Of a stretch of 64,000 nucleotides of DNA, positions 54,727 through 64,000 are shown piece after piece. Location: NCBI RefSeq assembly GCF_009914755.1, contig NC_060934.1. The stretch is one strand, 5' to 3'. This stretch comes from the human T2T-CHM13v2.0 reference genome, Homo sapiens. The stretch's first letter is position 1. Each line of letters opens with the position of its first letter. Under the pieces are notes generated by a model that saw nothing but the letters and a program-made list of their open reading frames with translations, was not told the origin of the DNA and did not search any database. Both the position numbers and the translations under genes were made by a program.

Positions 54727-55169
54727 GAAATAAATAGAGAAAAGAATGTTCAATAATAAGTGTGAATGTTAGAAGATCGATCATGAAATAATAAAAGCCT
54801 TCCAAAGGTGGCTTACAGATGTCCTACCTCAGGGACTAGAAGGAGGGTAATGCCATTAATAGAGCTCATGTGACGAAGCCATTTTCTAACTCTTGCGCAA
54901 CTGGCATCTAATGTAATGAAAGATAATTTTTCCATCCAACTACAAAGTTCATAGACAGGCAAGAAATTATTTGGACAACGTGTTTTAAAATTTGAACATG
55001 TATGTAATCCCCATTTTGAGAACTTTGGAATTCTCTAGTAATGTTGAAGACACCCACCTCCTATGAACCACCATTTCCACTCTTAGTTATCTACGCTACA
55101 GAGAAACTCATACACATATGCAAGAAAAAAAATTTCTGATTGTAGAAAATTGAAAAAAAACTTGTGTTC

Positions 55170-55465
55170 ATCATATATACACACACACTTATATACTATA
55201 TACATAACTATATAGTGTGTTTATATATGATATATAAGATAGTGTATATATACAAAAAGTGTGTGTATATATAGTGTGTATATACATATAGTGTGTATAT
55301 AGTGTGTGTACAAATAGTGCATGTGTATATATAGTATGTATATGTAATATATATAGTGTGTACACAGCATATATAGTGTGTATATTTAATGTGTATATTG
55401 TGTATATATTTAGTGTGTATATAGTGTATGTGAATATATTACACACACACATGCTGAGAGAGAGA
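55170..55465. repeat. TA/TG-rich degenerate tandem repeat (tatatagtgtg-like units)
   Basis: Repeated tatatagtgtg(ta) units. Source of the ORFs at 55189 and 55304. Confidence 0.85.
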
Positions 55466-55574
55466 TTACCAATTTCCTCCAGTAATGAATTTACCTCTAG
55501 ATGAGGTATATTTAGGACTAAGGCAAAATACAAAGGGATTTTATAAATGTTCAATTATATAAATGTTCTGGGGG

Positions 55575-55965
55575 GAGGCACGAGTTGAGTCTTTGGGAAG
55601 CAAACATTGATTCAGAATTTAGTGTGCAGGATATTTATTGAAGAGTGTCCTTGAGATCCACATCTGTTGAAGGGAAGGGAAGGAAGCAGAGGAGAGCAAA
55701 GGGAAAAGTTAAAATGCAGTGCAAGCCCAGTGGCAGTCTCAGCTGACCTTATGAGGATCTCTGTTGCTAAAACGGCCCATCAGGTTGGCCATTTATAGCC
55801 CAACCTGAAGTAGTCATTGGATATTGGCTATTCCAGAAGGGCCTTCCTTGCAGAGAGTGGGTAACTAGAAGCTGAGGCAATTCATGAAGGGGCCGACAGC
55901 TGAAACCTCTCTCAATGGACAACTTCTAGTAACAGCTGGCTCAATAAATTCTTCCTTTGAAAGAG
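55575..55965 (-). mobile_element. LTR16A-like ERVL solo LTR
   Basis: gggaagca...tttagtgtgcagga...tttatt...gaagggaaggaagcag...agtcattgga...gctgaggcaa recalled from the LTR16 family. Confidence 0.6.
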
Positions 55966-58689
55966 AACTAAGCTCAATTCAATAAACCAAGTCAAAGACA
56001 AATGAATAATAAAACTAGGAATAAATATTTGCAAAGAATATGGCTCACTGAGGACACATTACCTTAGTACATAAAGATTGCTTACAGCTCATGAGAAAAA
56101 AATAAATCAAACAATCTAATAAATACAAAAATGAGCAGAGAACATAAACAGGCTACTCACTCCCACCATAAACACACATGAACATGTGCAAAAATAGGCA
56201 AATGACCATTAACAAAATAATATAATGATAAATCTCTGAAGGAAAAAGAAGGACAAATTAAAACTATAATTAAAAATCTTTGTTTAACAATTAAAAGGAT
56301 ATACTCTGTTAGCAAAAATATGGGAAATACCATAGTCGTATATTGACATATATTGCTTAAAATGTATGAAGAACAATTTAGCACTATATATCATTTTTGA
56401 AGTTTATATTCTTGACCAAGAAATTTTCCTTCTAAAAATATATCCAGTAAATATAGTCACATATATGCATAGGAAATATTCATCTGATCAAATTTTATAG
56501 TGTAAAAAACACAGAAAACAAATAACAAAAATATCTAATAATATGGAACCTATTAAATAAATTATTTTAGAGCCACATATTAGAGCAACATGCAATCATT
56601 TAAAAATAATATATCTCTTTTAAAAGTGTAAAAAATTAAAAGAGACACTTTTAGTGAAGAAAGAATAATAGTAAACACTGTATATAATGAACCATTTTTG
56701 TAAGAAAAAGTTATCTCTTTGTAAATACTCATTCCTCTCTCTCTCTCACACACACACACACCCCCACACACTCAGACTCTTTATGCTTATTTATTCATAG
56801 AATCTCAAATCTCATTGGAAGAATACATTATAGACAGGTAATGCTCATTTGAGGAGAAGGATTAAGGACTCAAGGTCAGAAATAGTAGACTTACTTTCCA
56901 AATTTGATGTCTAATTATTCTCCCTCTGAATGCATCTCTTTAATTAGGTTTTCCAATGATAACAAATAAAACTGTGTGAAAGACATATACCAAAATCCAA
57001 ATAACTTCTTTAATATGTTAGTGAGATTTTTAGTTGCTTTTTTTTGCAATGAATATGTTATTTGGATAAAGAGGAATACACTTATAAAAATAAATGAGCA
57101 TATTTTCCAAATTTAAATTATTAGAAATTTTACGGTTTGAGGTATTAAGGAAGTAACATCAAAGTTTCGCCTATGTTTCATGTTTCTTCAAATTTTACTT
57201 CACAGCACATTTTCTATATTTGTTTAGATACATAGAATTTTTCTTAATGAAAATAAATAGAAATTTTATAAACTACAGATGCTTAAAAAGAAGAAAATTC
57301 TAAGCTTTTATAATACCCACCAAAAGGAAATGACCAAAGCAATCATATTTTTGTTGGTAGTATCTTTTGATGTGCATATGCATGGGTGTGTTTTTTATAA
57401 ACAAAACAAGATTATATTCATTTTAAAGTTTCTTTATTGCAAGTAATCCATCATAAATATTTTAATGTTTTAACATTTTATAATATGTTCAAAATATAAC
57501 CTACATTTATGTTTCTATTTTATCAAAATGATCTTTTTGTTTAATTTGGTTTATTTTTTGAAAAATCAAATATTTTGTCTTTGTATTAAGCTGCTTATAT
57601 TTAAGAGGATGTTAATTATTTTACATGCTTCAAAAGAATGTACCTCAACTATTTAATGACAATTTCCTGTAAAGAGAATCATAAGGAATAAGATATGATT
57701 GTCACATCTCAAGAAATGGCCTAGCAAATTCAGTTCAACCATAGCAATCACACACCAATAAAAAGAAAAACAATAGGAAAGTGCAAGAAGGTAAACAACT
57801 CTTCTATGGAATCTATAATAAAAACTACTAGGAAACAAACCTTTGTAATATTTGAAAATATACCAACAAAAGCACTTCAGAACAGTTTGAACTCATATTC
57901 AGTATAATGCTTTCATCTCTGAAAATGAGCAGTGCATACAGAAGAGTTTGGGGACTTGGTTTGCATTGCATAGGATGTGCTGATCCATTGCCATGAAAAG
58001 ATTTTGGGCATGTATTCTAGACATTAAATTATGGTAATTGAAATGGGAAAATATCTGTAGCCTTTCTCAATGTGTTTGGGTTAGTTGCACATGAACATCT
58101 GCTTTCCCTTTATAACCCGAGACTGGAGAATAGCATCAATTTGCAGGCATTAACAACTTCTGCTCATAAAACAGCAGACAACTCTCTGTTGGAACACCAC
58201 ACCACATAGTCTGCTCAGGGAACAGTCTCTAAGCGCTTACAACAATATCAAGCCAAAAAATGTACTTGCTAAAAAGAAAAGAGATCAGTGTTCAGCCATT
58301 TTGTGTGGATATTTCTTTCTTCCTCTTTTTCCTTCCATCCTTGAGTAGATGGAAAAGTTCACGTTTGTGCCATTTTAAATCACAATTGATAAGTTATTAA
58401 AACTATAATGTTTACAGTATATTGATATGACTCAAATTTCTCACAACCTATTCACTCTACTCCCTAGAGAAACCATGGTATTTTTTCAGATCCTTTCTCT
58501 GCATAAATTTTACAGTATTATTTTTGTAACTAGCTTTTCCCATTTACATTATTGATATAGGTGTGATAAACGTAAACATAGTAAGTATATCATGTCAAGG
58601 GATCCATATGATTTCATTTAGGTATATAAAATAATTATGTAACTTTTCTTTTATCGAAAACATTTTGCTGATGTAAATTATATTCCAAA

Positions 58690-59370
58690 TATTAAGGACA
58701 AAATAATTTCAGTTTTATAAAAAATATTTGAAGAGAAGAAAGAGAGGGAACTCTTTCCACCTTGTTAGGAAGTCAGATAAACATGACAAAGGTATCAAAA
58801 GATGAAAAGGTAAAGGCCAATCTTTGTTAAAAACACACAAGCAAAAATCCCTAACATCGTCAACTTCTTTTCAACTTTGTACCAAATTGGGCAATAGAAT
58901 AAAGAAAGAAAAAGAAATAAAAGAATAAAAATTGGTAAAGTTAATTATTGTGCAAATGTCCAAATGAATCTGCAAGAAACTCTTAGAATCAATAAGTGGA
59001 TTTGGCAAATTCACTTGAAAAACAATTATTATGAAAAATCAATTTTACTTTGATACACCAGCAACATTTAAAAAAATTTGAATAACCGTTTTTAGTTTTA
59101 TCAAAAATACACAGGACTTAGGAATAAATCCAGTGGACAATGTGAAAACTACAAAACACTGTTGAAGAAAATAAAAAGAGCCCAAATAAATGTAGAGACA
59201 TATGCTGTTAATGAATGAGAAGACTTCATATTTTAAACATGTCACTTCACTCTAAATTTATTTTTTGATTCAATATAGCCCCACCAAAATTGCAGCAGCT
59301 CTTTTTTTAATTGTTAAATGGTGAGTTGATTCTAAAATATATAGAAAAAGAATGGGCAACAAATAGCAAA
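58690..59370 (+). mobile_element. Ancient L1M ORF2 fragments
   Basis: gcaaaaatccctaac, ttaggaataaat, aaaactacaaaacactg...aaataaatgtagaga...tgattctaaaat show decayed ORF2 homology. Confidence 0.55.
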
Positions 59371-60502
59371 AAATACATTTTCCTCCATTCCTCTTGAAGT
59401 TCACAGGGCACTATCCTGTCTGACCAATTCCTGCCTTGGTTTAAGCAGGAGAAGTCAGAAGTGGAGGCAGGTCCACCCCAGGCTCTTCATGCTCACAGCA
59501 TCTAACACTTCCTTGCTTGGCTTGCATCCAGAGGGGCACCTTCTTTCTCTCACTAGTTTTCCTGAAAATATGTTGTGCTATGGTTTCTTCTTCAATCAGA
59601 TCTCATTGCACAATATCTTTGAAAGAGTACTCATAGTTATTCTTCTAATTTTAAGTATTCAAGGTTATAGATTTGTTAAACAAAAGATAATTTTCTATTT
59701 GTTTAGAGATTTAGGATCAAAAGGGCCAGCTGTAATGTGTAGTTTGAATTTTGATCCAATTCTCCTTGGTTATAGTTTTCTTTTTAGAAACTCTTCACAA
59801 TGAAAATATGATGGATGTAGTATATGTACAATCTTACCAAACAATATCCTAAAACAAGAAGGTTGTTGGGTATTCAAATGAGTGAAATCTTAAACTTTTT
59901 GTTTGTCAAAGGAAATCTAAGGACATAAACAATATGTCATTGTGTATGTTAGAAGTGACGCATATCAACAATTTCCATGAGTTGTCTTCAGCTCCAATTC
60001 TACATTTGTCAATGCTGTTGACTTCTTTGTAATTCCCTCTAGACTCACCAAGAAACTGGCAGAATCTCCAGCTAATTTGGAATAGAAATGTGATGTGATG
60101 AATTAATCTAGGTATTTAGCTTCTGATATGAGGACTCACAGCTCAGTTAAAATATTTTTCCCGAGTCCTAGAAATCAGAAATCCATTTGGAAGGAAGTGG
60201 CTTGCAGTTCCCATTAATAATTTTCTGAGGGTATCAAAATATACAGTTTTTCTTCATCAGTTTATCAACCACTTTATTTTGCATGCATCATTTTTATACA
60301 TGTATTACTTATGAATCCAATAGCTCTTTTTCTTTAAAATATCCTGACTCATAATATAATTAAAATTATAAAATGCATAGTGGCAGGGAGATATTTATCT
60401 GTGAAGAGTGATGTTTTTAGAGACTTAGATACAGTGCTTAAATTGGAGAATATTACCAATATGTCTCCTATAAAAAATGTAACTCAGAATAACATATTAA
60501 AG

Positions 60503-62470
60503 GGTATTGGAAGTCCTAGCCAGAACAATTAGGCAAGAGAAAGAAATAATGGGCATCCAAATAGGAAGAAAGGAAGTCAAACTATGTTTACAGAAGACAT
60601 CATCCTATATCTAGAAAACTCCATAGTCTTGACCCCAAAGCTCCTTAAGCTGATAAACAACTTCAGCAAAACCTCAGAATACAAAATTAATAGCATTCCT
60701 ATATACCAACAATAGTCAAGTGAGAGCCAAATCAGGAACATAATTGCATTCACAATTGCCACAAAAGAAATAAAATACCGAGGAATATAACTAACCAGGG
60801 AGGTGAAAGACTTTATCAAAGAGAACTATAAAACACTGCTCAAAGGAATCAGGGATGACACAAACAAATGGAAAAGCATTCTATTATCATGGATAGGAAG
60901 AATCAATATTGTTAAAATGGCTATACTACCCAAAGCAATTTGTAGATTCAATGCTATTCCTATCAAACTACCAATGGTATTCTTCACAGAACTAGAAAAA
61001 AAAAAACTACTTTAAAATTCGTATTGAACCAAAAGAGACCTCAAATACCCAAGGCAGTCCTATGCAAAACCAACAAAGCTGGAGGTATAATGCTGCCCTA
61101 CATCAGACTATACTACAGGGCTATAGTAACCAAAACAGCATGGTACTGCTGCAAAGACAGACACATAGACCAATGGAACATAATAGAAAGCCAAGAAATA
61201 AAGCCACACATCTACAACTATCTGATCTTTGACAAAACTGACAAAAAAACAGCAATAAAGAAAGGAAATGCATTTCAATAAAAGGTGCTGGGATAAGTGG
61301 CCAGCCATATACAGAAGATTGAAACAGAACCCCTTCCTTACACTATATACAAAAATTAACTCGAGATGGATTAAAGAGTTAAATGTAAAACTCAAAACTA
61401 TGAAAACCCTGGAAGACAACCTAGTAGGAATGGGAAAATATTTCATGACAAAGACACCAAAAGCAATCACAACAAAGGAAAAAATTAACAAACTAAACAG
61501 CTTCTGCACAGCAAAAGAAACTATCAACAGAATAAACAGACAATCTACAGAATGGGTGATAATTTTTGCACACTATGCATCTGACAAAGGTCTAGTATCC
61601 AAAGTCTATAAGGAACTTAAACAAATTTACAAGAAAAAAACAAATAACTCCATTAAAAAGTGAGCAAAGGACCATTTTCACAAGAAGACATACATGTGGC
61701 CAACAATCATATGAAAAAAAGCTCAACATCACTGATCATTAAAGAAATACAAATCAAAACTACAAGACACCATCTCACATCAGTAAGAATGGTTGTTATT
61801 AAAAAGTCAAAAATAACAGATGCTAGTGAGGTTGTTGAGAAAAAGGAATCCTTATTCACTGTTGGTGGGAGTGTAAATTAGTTTAGCCATTTTGGAAGGA
61901 AATGTGGCAATTCCTCAAGGACCTAGAAACAGAACTACTATATGACCAAGCAATCCCATTATTGTGTATCTACCCATAGTAATATAAATTGTTCTAACAT
62001 GAAGACACCTGTGCATGTACGATCACTGCAGCACTATTCACAATGGCAAAGACGAGGATTAAACCAAAATTCTCGTCGATGGTAGACTGGATAAAGAAAA
62101 TGTGGTACACTTACATGATGGAATACTATGCATCCAAAAACAGAATGAGATCATGTCCTTTGCAGGGACACGGGTGGAGCTGAGGGCCATTATCCTTAGT
62201 AAACTAACACAGGAAAAGAAAATCAAATGCTGCATGTTCTCACGTATAAATGGGAGCTAAAGGATGAGAACACACGGCCACAGAGGGGAACAATAGATAC
62301 TGGGGCCTATCGGAGGGTGCAGGGTGGGAGAAGGGAGAGAATCAGGAAAAATAACAAATGAGTACTAGGCCTAATACCTGGGTGATTAAATAACCTGTAC
62401 AACAAACCCCCACATGACACAAATTTACCTATGTAACAAACCTGCACATGTACCACTGAACTTAAAAGTT
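60503..62470 (+). mobile_element. 5'-truncated L1PA11-13-like LINE-1
   Basis: ORF2 C-terminal fragments ([24 protein letters not shown]) and 3'UTR atcaggaaaaataac...ctgtacaacaaacccc...ctgaacttaaaagtt. Confidence 0.9.
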
Positions 62471-62763
62471 GGGCTGGGCACAGTGGCTCAGGCTTGTAAT
62501 CCCAGCATTTTGGGAGGTCGAGGTTGGTGGATCACTTGAGGCCAGGAGTTGGAGACTAGCCTGGCCAACATGGTGAAACACTGTCTCTACTAAAAACACA
62601 AAAATTAGCCAAGCATGGTGGCAGGTGCCTGTAGTCACAGCTACTTGGGAGGCTGACACAGGACAATCGCTTGAACCCAGAAGGCAGAGTTTGCAGTCAG
62701 TTGAGATTGCACCACTGTACACTCCAGCCTGAGCAACAGAGCAAGGCCCTGTCTCAAAAAAAA

Positions 62764-62780
<17 letters not shown>
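62471..62780 (+). mobile_element. Alu (AluJb/Sz-like) inserted in the L1 tail
   Basis: ggctgggcacagtggctca...ccctgtctc followed by a pure A run. Confidence 0.95.

Positions 62781-62824
<44 letters not shown>
62781..62824 (+). repeat. (AT)n microsatellite at the Alu tail
   Basis: About 22 perfect AT units directly after the poly(A). Confidence 0.95.
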
Positions 62825-62827
<3 letters not shown>

Positions 62828-64000
62828 AAAAAAATATATATGTTAAAAATAAAGAAAAGGAAAAAAGACAAAAATAAGTACAACAAAAAAGAGTAGTGTT
62901 CTGACCAGACACCAAAAATTTTGAAAGGAAAAGACAAAAGGAAAATATTTACAAACTAATGTTTTAAATGTATGAAGGCATAAAAGAACTGATGAAAAAT
63001 CTCATTGTTCTACATGACTAAATATAATTTACTTTTGCTTTCATGATCAAATTTATGATCACTTTTCTAAACAATTGTTTGTTTCACTTCATATCTGAGT
63101 GACAAGTGTTTTCCCTTTTGCTAAATTAGAATAAACATGCATTTCTGCCTCATTTGATGGGTTTGGGAGAGAGACTTTATTAGTTTCATTTTTTATTGTT
63201 TTTTTTTTTAAATCACAGAGGTGTTGGGATTTAAGCTTATGCTGAATAGCACGCTATTTGATGCTATCTTTACAATGATTTTTCTGATAATGCCAATTTC
63301 ACAGATATGTTATGACCCAGAATTTTAAGATTGTCTCTTTTGTTTTCAAATTTACTTTCCTTTTAAATAAAAAACATGATTATCAACAGGTTTTATGCAT
63401 TATTAATGGCTTAAATATAGGGAACATTTTGGTCTTATAATGCACACATTATTCATCCTATATTATTTCACTTACTCTTGAGCAAAGAAGGATGTTACCT
63501 TAAATTTTAAAGTAATAGCTGACTTGTTTGTCTAAAACAAGTATCAAAGTTAACTGTCATTCCTTAGCTATAACTTTAAAAGTTACTAACTTTTCTTTTA
63601 ATTTTAGAAAAGTCCCCAAAGTTTTTTTATTTTCAACTTTGTACACTTAAAAGATTTTGTCAGAAGAGTAAATGCAGTTTACAATAGAAAGGTAACGTGA
63701 CAAATCCAGGAACTCTTGATGTGCATTGCTAACTGTAAATTTATATACATTACTGAAAATCTGTGTTAAGTTAATGTGAAATAGCTTTACAATTTCAATT
63801 TGTATTAGCCTAGTGATGATTTAGAATTTATCTCCATTCACATAGTGTTTACTAAACACATACATGCAACATACACATATTAAAAATATTACACAATATT
63901 TTGTTTTCAAATGTCCTAAAATAGTAAATATTATATAAAACTTAAGTTTCTTATAAAACTTTAAGAAGTTTGTACAGACACAAATATAGTTGATAGTATT

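Noticed and set aside
55170-55465. CRISPR-like or coding tandem array
   Set aside because: Degenerate TA/TG simple repeat with no unique spacers and no cas genes, in a mammalian context.

Overview
This is eukaryotic DNA from a primate, probably human or ape, judging by AluS, L1PA3/L1PA5, MER41 and MLT2A1 elements. It is AT-rich, CpG-depleted and dominated by decayed transposable elements, as expected for gene-poor intergenic or large-intron sequence. Main components: (1) a near-full-length HERV-L provirus on the minus strand (22904-29022) with a CCAAC target-site duplication, gag-pro-RT-RNaseH-IN-dUTPase remnants and no env; its 3' MLT2A1 LTR is full length but its 5' LTR has collapsed to about 63 bp. 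(2) A full-length L1PA5-like LINE-1 (45384-51539) with dead ORF1 and ORF2 but an open, extended antisense ORF0; it sits inside the inverted arm of an older twin-primed L1. (3) An apparently full-length ~8 kb L1MA2/3 on the minus strand with a three-monomer 5' region. (4) Truncated L1PB4, L1PA3, L1PA13 and L1MC pieces, four Alus, several solo LTRs, MER2/MER5A/Tigger3 DNA transposons and simple repeats. I cannot support any intact cellular protein-coding gene, RNA gene or CRISPR array. The only host-gene hint is a weak pair of frame-compatible candidate exons near 954-1190. Most ORFs in the supplied track are repeat fragments or chance ORFs. I did not find a convincing new biological system; the findings are structural oddities and regulatory or exaptation hypotheses. 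Subfamily names come from recalled consensus sequences and need Dfam/RepeatMasker confirmation.
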